Origin: Felis catus
Taxonomy: Eukaryota
NCBI RefSeq assembly: GCF_018350175.1
Contig: NC_058382.1
Coordinates: 56,546,001 to 56,610,000, forward strand
Reading direction: 5' to 3'
DNA length: 64,000 bases
Within the stretch, counting starts at the first letter, position 1; each line of letters starts with the position of its first letter. The position numbers were made by a program, and so were the translations under genes. A model generated the notes under the pieces. The model was not told the origin of the DNA, ran no database searches, and saw only the letters and a program-made list of their open reading frames with translations. Below, in pieces: positions 49,913-62,760 of this stretch.

Positions 49913-50340
49913 TGTGCAGGCTGAATAATGCCCCTCCTTGACTCTGCACAGATGTACGCATCCCCACCCGACACCCGTGATTATGTTATCTTCGACGGCA
50001 GAAGGGACTTTGGAGAAGTGATTAAGTTCAGGATTTTGATTTCCAGAGATTATCCTGATAGCTCCCCTGTAATCACAAGGGTCCCTCCTTACAAGAGGGA
50101 TGCAGGCGGTTTGAGAGGAGGGACGGTGTGGCGCAGATGGCTTCCAAGATGGAGAAGGGGCCAAGTGCCAAGGAAAGCAGGTGGCCTCCAGAAGCCGGGA
50201 AAAGCAAAGAGCCTCCAGAAGAGGATGCAGCCTTGAGACTTCTAACCTCCCCGAGCTCTTTTACAAGGGAATAAACGTGTGTGGCTTTAAGCCACTGAGT
50301 TTGTGGCCATTTGTTACAACAGCCACAGGAAACTCACGCT
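49913..50340 (+). mobile_element. MLT1D-like MaLR solo LTR
   Basis: gctgaataatgcccc...gaagggactttggagaagtgattaagtt...aataaacgtgtgtggctttaagccactgagtttgtggccatttgttaca. Confidence 0.8.
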
Positions 50341-50589
50341 CCAGGAAATCCTCATTTTCATTTGCATAAGGACCATACTCTGTATACGAACTCAATTGTT
50401 CTTTACTAATAGTACCTTGTTAATTCTTCACAGGCACACGCCTTTCCCCAGATTAGGCTTCCACGCACCTTACAGGCAGAAGCTATGCTTGGTGCCCCAT
50501 CCTCTGGGCTCCCGCCTCAGTAGGAGTAGACCCTGTTGCTTCGTTAAAAGTACAGAAGGACACAGATGAGGTCAGAGCAGGCAGCCGAT

Positions 50590-51020
50590 ACTTTTGGTGT
50601 CCCCGTCCCAGGAGCCCTGCGCCCACCTGGATCTCAGCTGCATCCATGGTGGGCACTCCTCCCTCCACACCAGCATCTTCCCACTTAAGTGCTTTTCCAA
50701 AGCCAAGGGAGTTGTGTACGAGCACAGACAGCCTGAAATTGGGGAAATTAATGTCCCCAGAGGTAGCCTCTAGCCTGTGGGGACAGGAGTCAGTGTCCAG
50801 CTCCCTGTGCATGGAAGGGCAGTTCTGAGATGCACTCTGCCTGCTCCGTCCAACGAGTCGGCCCGTTTCCCGCAGCGGTTACCAGATCAGGAACACACGC
50901 GTAGAGACTTTTCTCCTTCTTCTCCCCCACTCACACTTCCTGAATCTACCCCCCACAGAAACCACCTGCTCCTAAGCTCTTGTCTCAGACTCAGCTCTGG
51001 AGGAGCCCACGTTAATTCAG
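50590..51020 (+). mobile_element. LTR16-like ERVL LTR
   Basis: cctgaaattggggaaattaatgtcccc...gggcagttctgagatgcactct...tcttgtctcagactcagctctggaggagccc. Confidence 0.5.
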
Positions 51021-52549
51021 AACTCGAGCTTGGCCTCTTTTCTAGCTGAGGGTGCTTGACCACACCATTCTCCTAGACCTTCACTTTCTCATCTGTAAAA
51101 TGAGGTTAGCAGAATCTGCCTCAACAGATTGTTGTAAAGTGGAAAAGAGATACTGTGTATGACAGTACCAAGCACATTATTAATAAGCTCCCACTGTTAT
51201 AAACCTTTTGGTGACCCTTAGATAACAGCGATCGCCGTATAACAAGCAACGTGATTAAAACACATGGCATCCCACCCCTGATAGAAGCTGAATTTTCTAA
51301 AACTGCCCTTGACCTTCGGAAGATTTCTTATTCCTTCGACCAGCTTTCTTCAACAGATCGTTGTGAGCAACTACTATGTGCCAGGCTGCCCTCTAGGAGC
51401 AGAAATATCACAGTGAGCAAAATAGACCAAAATCATCTCTTCCTGGAGCCCGGGCACATGTAGATTTGTTCAGCAAGTGGTATTTGTGCCCTTGGAGGTT
51501 CCAAGGCAAAGAGAACAGCATTGCTTCCACCTCTGTGCTTCCTCTTTCTGCTTATTTAAAATATGGGTTTATTATATTTATATACATACATATAGACATA
51601 TATATTTTATATATGTTCATTATATATGTTTCCTATCATATGCCAGGCCCTGTGCTAGGCACCCTCCTTATATAACAATAACTAATTTTGACCCCTGAAC
51701 TTAAGGAACCATACAGGCTGCATAAAGAAATGAAACCAGGTTCATGAAAAAACTCTGCCTACTTTTTCTAGCTAGCTTACTGCGACTGTAACTCAGAAAA
51801 AAAATTTCTTCTAATCACCGGTTCTAATACAAATAAAATGTAGTGATTCATTAATCTCCTTAGCCTATAATTGCAAATTGGGTTTTCTCTAGAATGTACC
51901 TAAAGGAGGTAGGTGCCCATTAAGCAGTTCAGGGGAGTTTTATTTAAGCTGCAAAAAAAATTAGTTTACTCATTTTTAATTTAATTCCCAAGAGGCATTT
52001 TGGAAGCCGTCCCTTCTCATTTGACCTAAAACCATTTTTTAAAATTATTGTTCTCCTAAATTGAAGCCCTTTCCAGCATTGCGCATAAGAAGTCTTAAAA
52101 CTCATCTGTTTTCCTTTTTCTAATTGACTTACAAATGCATAATTGACTCACAAATGCATAATTGACTATGCCTGGCATTTTAAAAGGGCAAAGTTTCCAT
52201 TTGCTTCTTGATCTCTTTGAAGTTCTTTCGTTTTCCTGAAGTCCTCTTCCTACAGCATTCCAAGTGATTCCTTGGGTCTGCTCCCCTAGGGACACCATCT
52301 AGCTGGTATCTTAATGGAGCGGCCAGTTCCCTGTAGTAAGGGCACCAGAAGATTTGGCCGAGGTGGGCACAATTTTCAGACTCCTTATTTGCAACTAAAT
52401 ATGCACCCGGCCTCATTCTTCTGACACACGGATAAGTTTTTTTTTATGAGTGGTTGGACTATAACTTATTACCACCATCATTGTTAAAGCCAGCCATCTA
52501 AACAACAAAGAATTCTGTATTTTCCATCACCTGAGCTGTGAATTCTATT

Positions 52550-52557
52550 CACACACA

Positions 52558-52616
<59 letters not shown>
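52550..52616. repeat. (CA)n microsatellite, about 33 units with one interruption
   Basis: Directly visible. Confidence 0.97.
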
Positions 52617-52618
<2 letters not shown>

Positions 52619-54989
52619 GTATGCTCAAGTGACTTTAGTAGAAGGACAAAGAATGTAGCTATTGTCCTTTGGGAAAGGACTCTCTAAAGACAGTGTTTAG
52701 TTAAAATAAGCAAGCCTAGCAGTGGATGGTGGTTGTTCATGCTGCCTTGGGTGGATGTAAGTTCATATCTCTACCCAGTAGAAAGAGGTGTCATGCAATA
52801 GGAAACATGGAAAGGGGCTAAGGAGGAAGGACCCAGATGCTAAGCCAAAGTTAGCATCAGAGGGGCGCTTTGCTTAATCCAGGTGCTTCTACTTGGAGAA
52901 AATGGGCAACTGGTACTTCTCAGTGGCATGGTTGAATCAAGCCAGGAGAGTGGACGGAGGGGGTGTCATTTGTTTCCCCAGAAGCCAACATGGAAGCAAG
53001 ACCTAAAATCTAAGACAGAAAACCATCAAAATCCTAGAGGAGATAACAGGCAATGTGAAAGCAAGGATTTGAATGGAATTTGGTTTCTTTGAGAGGTGAA
53101 GAAAATTCCAGTAGGAAAGGGAAGAAATACGACAGGGAAGGAAGGGAACCAATAATGGGTGATTATCTAGCCAGTTACTTTCTTGGGAAGAAACACTTAA
53201 AAAACACTATAAATATATATTTAAAAAAGGCCTCAAAGACATGGGATATGGGTGCAGGCAGGAAATGATAAGACCTGCACTGTGGATAGACCACCAGCAG
53301 AACATGCTCAAGGGACTTGCCGAATTCAGCCCACATGTGGCACGTGGGTGATGTGACCCAGATCTCCACAAACCCTGACTTGAAATTTCACTATTGATCA
53401 CGATCCATCGACTAATCTACCAATTGCTTGGGCTTCATCATGATGCGATTACCAACATACTTCTCCCTGGCCCATTTCCTTTGTGAAAATGATGTGTCTT
53501 GCACAGTGAGGCTAAGCTCCCTTCTTGATTATATAGAACATGACCAATGAGTCATTCATCTTTTCCCCAGAAGTAGGTTCCTGAGTGGTGCAATAATCTG
53601 TGTCGTGCTTTTTCTCTACAAGACAGAAGGGATTTGATTCCCGGAATTTCATTAAGTCCAAGTTCTTTAACTGGCTTCTTCTAAATTCTGACTTGGGCCT
53701 TGTTGCTTATGCATGGTAACACAGAATTTCAGAATTACAAGCTGAGAAATGTTTCTGGAAGATATTTAAAGCCTTCTTAAGCAGGTTAGTGGGTCTTATT
53801 TTCTGTCTGAACCAACTGTTATCAAAATATATTTGACATTGGGCATGTAAGTGAGTTGATGAAGGGGTCCCTGGGAGTTCCAAGCACAAATCCTGTTAAC
53901 AGGTAATAAGATTATGAACACAACCCATGTAGGGCAGGTGGTTTTATCAGCTGAAGTGGAACACAGAGGTGCTAAGTCATTAATGGGATTCAGCATCTAT
54001 GTCTTTCATGGGTTTCTAAGTAGACAAAGTTCACTGCTACCCAAATTGCCAACAGAACCAAAGCTACATCCATGTGTGGAATATGTATTTATTTATTCTA
54101 CTTCGGAAAAAAACATGCTTTGTAACCCTTCTCCCTTTTTATTCTGTAATTTCCCTCTACTTTCTGAAAATGTAAGAAAATGAACCACACGTGAAAAGCC
54201 GTAGTGCATTTTGGAGTGTTTGACCACAGTCTGTGGACGTAGACAATGCTAGACTCTAATTTCACTGTTTAGCAGGATAAAGGTTACTGGCTAATGGCCT
54301 TTGAGAAAGGAGGAAAAAAATAGTATGTTGAATGCAATACCCCCATATTTTGTATTAGGATCTTTTGTAAGCTCTAGCTATCCAATGCAATCATAGGATA
54401 TTCTCTCTTTTTTCTTTTATGTCTTTGTGGGTGGCTTGAAATATGCTCCATCCATATATATTACTCTGAGAAATTCTTTTTTATTCCCCATTGAATTTTT
54501 TTTGGAAACGTTACAAAGAATGTTCGATTTAATCACATTCACGCTCCCGAGTCATTGGCAATTCCGTGCCAACATTTTGACTGTTTTCCCGTGGAATTCA
54601 CTCATAGTATTGAGTACCCACGAAGAGCTGCCCAATTCATCCTGCAAATCCATGATGATGATAACTTACAGGTATTGAAACATCAGGACTAGAGCAACTA
54701 CTTGGGAACCAATCAGTCTTTTTAGCTCTTGATGCTTCTGGTCTTTGCCCAGCTACACAGTAGTGACGTTCAAAGGTCAACTTACACCTGTGCATCCTTT
54801 TTGTCTCCCCATACAACTGGTCACTTGGTTCATGCTAATCCCCTCTGTAACAGTGACAGCTTGCTCTCTTGCTCTCCTTTAGCATCTCTGGACGCACCAG
54901 GATCTTTCTACAGCTCAGTGGTGACAAGCTCACTCCTGTTTCAGGGGCCCTTCTCCTGGTGTTCCTTTAAGCCTAAAGCAGGCACATCG

Positions 54990-55325
54990 AAACCCCCTGA
55001 TCTCTGCAAAGCTGAGCCCTTTTTCAGGTCTCAGCTCAAATGTAACTTCCTCGGAGAGGACTCTCCTGGTTACCCCACCTAGGTTAGCATCTGACTCGGT
55101 GGCACTCTGTCAAACCCCCCACATGTGTTTTCTCCATAGCATTCACCACCCTCTGACAACATCTAGGTTGTATCACTGTTGCCTGGTCTATTGCTGGTTT
55201 CCCCACTGCTGCACCCAGAGCCTGTGACAGCAGAGGACTTGTCTCTCTTGTTCTCGGCACAATTGTTAGCACCCCATGGCGTAGCACGCAGTGATTGCTC
55301 AAAAAATCCTTGAAAGAATGAATAC
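54990..55325 (+). mobile_element. L2 LINE 3' end
   Basis: ttcaggtctcagctcaaatgtaacttcctc...tccatagcattcaccacc...tgctcaaaaaatccttgaaagaatgaat. Confidence 0.7.
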
Positions 55326-55699
55326 ACTTTTCAGTCAAATACTGAGACATTTGCAATCCCTTTGACACTTAACACATGCTACTTTTTTCTTCTTCAATTT
55401 TTATGCCTTTTATTTCTTTCACTTGCCTTATTCTTTTTCTTGGCTTTTTAAGTTTTTGCTTTGATTCCCATGAACATGTAGTGTTATATTAGTTTCAGGT
55501 GCCCAATATAGTGATTCAACACTTCCATACATCACCTGCTATTCCTCATGGCAAGTAATCTTCTTAATCCCCATCACCTACTTCCTCCATCGCTGCACCC
55601 CTCTCCTTTCTGGTAACCATCAGTTTGTTCTCTGTAGGTAATGGTCTATTTCTTGATTTTTCTCTCTTTTTCTCTCTCTTTACCCTCTGTTCATGTGTT

Positions 55700-58600
55700 T
55701 TGTTTCTTAAATTCCACATAGGAGTGAAATCATATAATATTTGTCTTTCTCTGACTTATTTCAGCATTATACTCTCTAGATCCATCCGTGTCGTTACAGA
55801 TGGCAAGATTTCATTCTTATCGGTGAATAATATTCTATTATATATATATACACCACATCTTCTTTATCCATTCATCAGTAGATGGACACGGGCTGCTTCT
55901 ACATCTTGACTATTGTAAATAATGCTAGTATAAACATAGGGGTGGATGTAACCCATTGAGTTCATGGTTTTATATTCTTTGGGTAAATACCAATAGTGCA
56001 ATTGCTAGATCACAGAGTAGATCTATTTTGAGCTTTTCAAGGAAGTTCTGTACGGTTTTCCACAGTGGCTGCCCCAGTTTGCATTCCCACCAACAGTGTA
56101 AGAGAGTTCCCCTTTCTCCACTTCCTCACCAACACCTGCTGCTGCTTGTATTGTTGATTTTAGGCACCTGTCAGAATTGACAGGCGTGTGGTTTTGATTT
56201 GCATTTGTCAGATGGTAATTGATGATGCCCATCTTTTCATGTGTCTGTTGGCCATTTGTATGTCTTCTTTGGTGAAATGTCTGTTCATGTCTCCTGCCCA
56301 TTTTTAATGGGATTATTTGGTTTTGGGGTGTTGAATTTTATAAGGTCTTTGTGTATGTTGGATACTAATCCTTTCTCAGCTATGTCATTTGCAAATATCT
56401 TCTCCCATTCCGTAGGCTGCCTTTTAGTTTTGCTCATTGTTTCCTTCGCTGTTCAGAAGCTTTTTATTTTGATGAAGTCCCAATAGTTTATTTTTGCTTC
56501 CCTTGCCTTAAGAGACATATGTAGAAAATGTTGCTGTGGCCAATGTCAAAAAGGCTACTGCCTATGTTTACTTCCAGAATTTTTATGACTTCAGGCCTCA
56601 AATTTATGTCTGTAATCCATTTTTGAATTCATTCTTGAGTATGGTATAAGAGAGTGGTCCCATTTCCTTCTTTTATGTGTTGCTGAACAGTTTTCCCAAC
56701 ACTAATTCTTAAGAGATTATCTTCTTCACATTGGATATTCTTTCCTGCTTTGTCAAAGATTAATTGACCATTTAGTGATGGGTTCATTTCTGGGTTTTCT
56801 ATCCTATTCTATGTGTCTCTTTCTGTGCCAGTACCATAGTGTTTTGACGACTACAGCTTTGTAATATAATTTAAATTCTGGAATCGTGATGCCTCTAGCT
56901 TTGCTTTTCTTTTTCAAGATCGCTTTAGCTATTTGGGGTCTTTTATGGTTCCTTACAAATTTTAGGATCATTTGTTCTGGTTGTGTGGAATAACGCTGTT
57001 GGCATTTTGATAGGGATTATATTAAATGTATAGATTGCTTGGGGTAGTATAGACCTTTTGACGATATCTGTTCTGCCCATCTGTGAGCGTGGAATATCTT
57101 TCCATGTTTTTGTGTCATCTTCAGTTTCCTTCATCAGTGTTTTGTAGTTCAGAGTACTGGTCTTTCACCTCTTTGGTTAAGTTTATTCCTAGGTATCTTA
57201 TTATTTTTGGTGCCATTGTAAATGGGACTGATTCCTTAATTTCTCTTTCTGATGCTTCATTATTAGTGCAAAGAAATGCAACAGATTTCTGTACATTGAT
57301 TTTGTATCCTGGAACCTTACTGAATTTGTTTGTCAGTTCTAGCAGGTTTTTGGTAGTCTTGTGGGTTTTCTATATATAGTATCATATTATCTGCAAATGG
57401 TGAAAGTTTTACTTCTTCCTTACTGATTTGGATACCTTTTATTTCTTTTTGTTGTCTGATATCTGTGGTTTCGACTTCCAGGACCATGTTGAATAAAAGC
57501 GCCCCTGACCTTAGGGGGAAGCTCTCAGTTTTTCCCCAGTGAGTATGATGTTTGCTATGTTTTTTTCCTATCTGGCCTTTATTATGTTGAGGTATGTTCC
57601 CTCTATCCCTACTTTGTTGAGTGTTTTTGTCGTGAATGAATGTTGTACTTTGTCAAATGCTTTTCCTGCCTCTACTGAATGATCATATGATTCTTATCCT
57701 TTCTCTTGTTGATGTGATGTATGAAGCTGATTGATTTGCAAATACTGAACCACGCTTGCAACCCAGGAACAAATCTCACTTGATGGTGGTGAGATGGTGG
57801 TGAGTGATTTTTTTAATATATTGTTGAACTCAGTTTGCTAGTGGTTTGTTGAGGATTTTTGCATCTATGGTCATCAGAGATATTGGCCTGTAATTCTCTT
57901 TTTTAGTGGTATATTTATCTGGTTTTGGTATATTTATCAGGATAATGCTGGCCTCACAGAATGAATTTGGAAGTTTTCCTTCCTTTTCTTCTTTGGAATA
58001 GCTTGAAAAAGTAGGTATTAAGTCGTTAAATGTTTGATAGAATTCACCTGTTAAGCCATCTGGCCCTGGACTTTTGTATGTTGGGGAGATTTTTTTTTTT
58101 ATTACTGATTCAATTCCTTTGCTGGTTATTGGTCTATTCAAATTTTATATTTCTATTTCAGTTTTGGTAGTTTATATGTTTCTAGGAATTTATCTATGTT
58201 TTTCTAGGTTGTCCAGTTTGTTGGTATATGGTTTCTCATATTCTCTTATAGTTGTTTGTATTTCTAGGGTGTTGGTTGTTATTTCCCTCTCTAATTTGTG
58301 ATTTTATTTATTTGAGTCCTTTTTTTTTTTTCTCTTGATAAGTCTGGCTAGGGGCTTATCAATTTTGTTGACTTTTTCAAAGAAACAGCTCCTAGTGTTA
58401 TTAATCTCTTCTATTGTGGAGTGTTGTGCTTTTTGTTTGTTTCTGAATCAATTATTTTTGCTTTAATCTTTATTATTTCCTTCCTTCTGCTGGTTTTAGA
58501 TTTTGTTGTTGTTTTCTAGCTCCTTTAAGTGTAAGGTTAGGTTGTTTGTTTCAGATTTTTCTTGCTTCTTGAGGTAGACCTGTATTGCTATAAACTTCCC

Positions 58601-59430
58601 TCTTAGGATTGCTTTTGCTGAATCCCAAAGATTTCAGACCATTGTATTTTCATTTTCATTTGTTTCCATGTACTTTTTTATTTCTTCTTTTATTTCCTGG
58701 TTGATCCATTCATTGTTTAGTAGCATGTTAACTCCCATGTATTTGTGGTCTTTCCATATTTTTTCTTGTGGTTGACTTCTAATTTTGTAGCATTACGGTC
58801 AGAAAAGATGCATGGTACGACTTCATTCTTGAATTTGTTGAGAGGGCTTGTTTTTTGGGCTAATTGTGATCTATTCTGGAGAATGTTCCATGAGCGCTTG
58901 AAAATAACGTGTGTTCTGCTGTTTTAGGATGGGAGGTTCTGAATATATCTGTTAAATCCATCTGTTCCAGTGTGTCATTCAAAGCCATGGTTTCCTTGTT
59001 GATTTTTTGTTTAGATGATCTGTCCATTGATGTAAGTGGGTGTGTTAAAGTCCCCTAATATTATTGTATTATTATCAACTAGTTCTTTTGTGTTTGTTAT
59101 TAACTGTTTCATGTATCTGGGTGTCCCTATGTCAGATGCAGCAATATTTACAATTGTCTTATCTTCTTGTTGGCTTGTCCTCTTTATTATTATATAGTGT
59201 CCTTCTTTTTCTCTTGTTACAGTCTTTGTTTTAAAGCATATTTTGTCTGATATAAGTATTGCTACTGCAGCTTTCTTTTGACATTCATTTGCATGATAGA
59301 TGTTTCTACTTCCCCTCACTTTCAATTTGCAGGTGTCTTTAGGTCTAAAACGAGAGACTCTTGTAGGCAGCATATAGATGGGTCTTTTTATTGGACTGTT
59401 TAGTCCATTTCCATTCAAAGTAATTATTGA
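55700..59430 (-). pseudogene. L1 ORF2p (endonuclease/reverse transcriptase) remnant
   Basis: Endonuclease motifs NGLNSPIKR, AILISDK, EGHYIIIK and ILGDFNTP; RT-region motifs KSPGPDG and [10 protein letters not shown]-terminal TVGGNANW; many stops, frameshifts and deletions. Confidence 0.92.
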
Positions 59431-59599
59431 TAATATGTTTTTATTGTCGTTTTGTGGTTGTTTCTGAATATTTTCTCTGATTCTTGTCTTTCATGTTTTT
59501 TGTTTATCTTTAGTGATATATTTGGATTTCTTTCTCTTCTTTCCATGTTTATTAGTAGTTTTTGGTGTATGGTTACTACTAGCTTTGCATATAATGTCT

Positions 59600-60660
59600 T
59601 CTGCAAATAGTCTATATTAAGTTAATGGTCATTTGAGTTTGAACCCATTCTTTTCTTCTCCCCACGTTTTCGGTATATGTTATTATATTTTATATCCCTG
59701 TATTTTGTGGGTCCTTTGGCTGATTTTTACAGAAATATTTATAGTTGCTGATTTTGTTTCCTACCTTTACACAGTCACTTTTATTCTCTCCTTTCCCCTC
59801 AAAGAGAGTCCCCTTTAATATTTCTTGCAAGTCTGGTTCTTTGGTCATGAGATCCTTGAGTTTTTGTTTGAGAAACTTCATCTCTCCTCCTATTCTGAAT
59901 GGTAGCCTTGCTGGATAGACTATTCTTGGCTGCAGGTTTTTCCCATTCAGCACTTTAAATATATCATGCCACTCCCTTCTGGTTTGGAAAGTTTCTGATG
60001 AAAAATACCCTGCTAGACTGATGGGTTCTCACTGATAAGTTACTGTCTTCTTTTATCTTGCTGTTTTTACTAATTTTTCTTTATAACTATATGTTGCCTC
60101 TTTAATTACAATATGTCGTGGTGTTAATCTACTTGATGGGAGTTCTCTGTGCCTCCTGGATCTCGATGTCTGTTTCTTTCCCCAGATTAGGGAAGTTTGA
60201 AGCTATTCTTTCTTTAAATAAATTTTCTGCCCCCTTGTCTGTCTCTTCTTCTGGGACTCCTATAATATGAATGCCAATTGATGGGGTCCCTGAATTCCCT
60301 AAGTCTATTCTCATTTTATATATTTTTTCTCTCTTTTGTTCAGCTTGATTATTTTCCATTACTCTGTTTTCTAGTTCATTAATTCATTCCTCTGCTTCCC
60401 CCATCCTGCTGTTCATTCCATCCAGTGTGTTTCTCACTTTGTTTTTTGAACCCTTTTATCTCTGCTATGTTATTCCTTATCTTTGTATTAAGGGTATCAC
60501 TCATTCCTTTTATTCTTTTGTCAAGTCCAGTGAGTATCCTTATGATCATTACTTTAAACTCTCTCTCAGGCATGTTACTTATATCTGTTCTGCTTAGATC
60601 TGGCTGTGGCTTTGTCCTTTTCTTTCATGTGGGAGAAATTCCTCTGTCTTCTCATTTTAT
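59600..60660 (-). pseudogene. L1 ORF1p remnant (frameshifted)
   Basis: Fragments MPEREFKVMIIRILTGL, IHIIGVPEEE...NFPNLGKETDIEIQEAQRTP and KNLQPRIVYPARL. Confidence 0.9.
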
Positions 60661-61837
60661 CTAAGTCTCTGTACCTGTTTCTGCATGTAAGAAATGTCAC
60701 CTACGTCTCCTGCTCTAGAGGTAAATGACCTTATGAAGAAGAGGTCCTCTAGTGCCCTGCCATGTGGTGTCCCCTTATTCCATAGGGCCTAGCACGGCTG
60801 GGAGGGTCTGCAATGTGTGCTGCATATCCTCTGATGTTTTGTCCTGGCCACTTTGTCCTTCAAGCCAGTCATCTGCAGAGGCTGTCTTTGCCTGTTGTGG
60901 GCATTGTTTGTTCCCTGGCCTGAAAGTGGTGAGTTTTAATGAGGTGTGCTCTGACCTGTTTGTGAAATGAGACCTGTTGCCACCACCGTGGGAACTGAGG
61001 CTCTGCAAAGCTCCCACATAGGGAGATGTGGTGTGAGCAGGGGTTTGGGCCAGTCTTCTGGGGGAGGGGGCCCACGGCACCGGGACTGAGGCAAGCACTG
61101 GGAAGGGCAGTCCCACCGCAGAACCGAGGGGTGGGGCCGAGTGTAAGTAAGTTGGGTAGAAAGTGTCTGTGCTCCTCTGGTTCCCACTGGTGGCTGTATT
61201 TATGCTGAGGGGTGAGAGAGGGAAATGGCACTAGTTTCTTTGTTCCCAGAGGGGTCTCTCAGTGAATACTACCTCTCTGGGATACACTCCAAGATGAGCA
61301 AACAGCCTCCCCACTGTGTGCCCCAGGTGCTCTTCACATTGCTTGTTTCCCCACTGTATGCCCACGCGTTGTTTGCCTGCCTCCTCTCTACAGCAGCCCC
61401 AGTGCCCTCCAGGCTCAATTGTAGCCTGACCTTCAAAATTCCAGGTTTTATGCCCTGCTGGGTGCTAGAAGCCACAGAATTGAGCCCCTCTTGCTTTCCA
61501 AGCCAATTTCTATGGGGATTCATTCTCCCTCTGTGCTTGTCTGTCTCTTGCCCTTCTCTGCAACTGTGCCTCCCTCCCCACCACAGCAGCCACAATCTTT
61601 TCTCTCCCAAACTGTGTTTCTACCCTTCCTATCTCCTTCAGTGTAGCCCCTTCTCTATCTCTGGTTGTCCATTTTGTTCGGCCGGTCTTCAGGCCAATTT
61701 CTGGGGTATTGAGGATGACTTTATAGTTCTCTGCTTGGAAGGAGATCTCATGGGAGGAGGTGAGCCTAGGATCCTACTACCCCACCACCATCTTTCAACC
61801 TCTTCAACACAGTCTACTTTTAAATGTGATGTCCCGT

Positions 61838-62048
61838 GGGGCACCTGGATGGCTCAGTCCGTTGAGCATCCGACTTCGGCTCAGGTCACGATCTCACGGT
61901 TCGTGGGTGTGAGCTGCCAGCTCAGAGCCTGGAGTCTGCTTTGGGTTCTGTGTCTCCCTCTCTCTCTGCCCCCCTCCCACTCTTTGTCTCTCTCTCTTAC
62001 CCCCCCCCCATCGCTTTCAAAAATAAATAAACATGAAAAATTTTTAAA
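61838..62048 (+). mobile_element. Feline CanSINE with an internal deletion of about 20 nt
   Basis: Head ggggcacctggatggctcag; the B-box segment is missing after ggttcgtgggt; TSD taaatgtgatgtc at 61821-61833 and 62049-62061. Confidence 0.92.
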
Positions 62049-62535
62049 TAAATGTGATGTCTCAAATAGCCTATGATACCACAAAGACATTTTTTTTTAC
62101 CCCTTTCTATCCTTGATACCTACTACAGTGTTTCATACAATAGCACGTCCTCAAATATACAAATTGATGGGTAGTTTGATAACGCTAGAGGATCCTGTAC
62201 GAGGGAAGGAAACTAAGATGCATAGAGCATCCGTGTGCATGCTGGCATCTGCCTTCTCACTTAATCCCCACAACCAGCCCACAGATGAGGGAGTGGCATC
62301 CCCACATTATCGATGAGAAGCCTTAACCTGTGACTGAACTGCGTGTAAGGAGCCCCCCGGGGGTCCAAATCCACATTCTCTGTAGGGCTCCTTCATGTTG
62401 CTCATAGTGGGGTAAGAACAGGGTTTCTGTGAGGGTTTCTGAATGAGGCCGAGGAAGGCAAGTAGAGCAACAAGTCCATGACCATGTCTCTGGAATGTCC
62501 TCCCAACAACGAGCCCTTAAGAAAGAGCTAAATGA

Positions 62536-62760
62536 GGGGCGCCTGGGTGACGCAGTCGGTTAAGCGTCCGACTTCAGCCAGGTCACGATCTCGCGGTCCG
62601 TGAGTTCGAGCCCCGCGTTGGGCTCTGGGCTGATGGCTCAGAGCCTGGAGCCTGTTTCCGATTCTGTGTCTCCCTCTCTCTCTGCCCCTCCTCTGTTCAT
62701 GCTCTGTCTCTCTCTGTCCCAAAAATAAAAATAAATAAACGTTGAAAAAAAAAAAAAAGA
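62536..62760 (+). mobile_element. Young feline CanSINE
   Basis: Near-consensus and CpG-rich; perfect TSD aagaaagagctaaatga at 62519-62535 and 62761-62777. Confidence 0.97.

Larger units (their letters stand above)
55387..61805 (-). mobile_element. Near-full-length, inactive carnivore L1 (about 6.4 kb)
   Basis: 5' UTR starting near aagatgg (minus strand), ORF1 and ORF2 fragments in the correct order, a carnivore-type 3' UTR, and a candidate TSD aacacatgctactttt (55371-55386) / aacacagtctactttt (61806-61821). Confidence 0.93.

Noticed and set aside
61225..62076. 283-aa ORF, the longest in the window, antisense to the L1 5' UTR (ORF0-like idea)
   Set aside because: It crosses the L1 boundary and an internally deleted SINE, has Leu/Ser/Pro/Cys-biased composition and no domain; most likely fortuitous.
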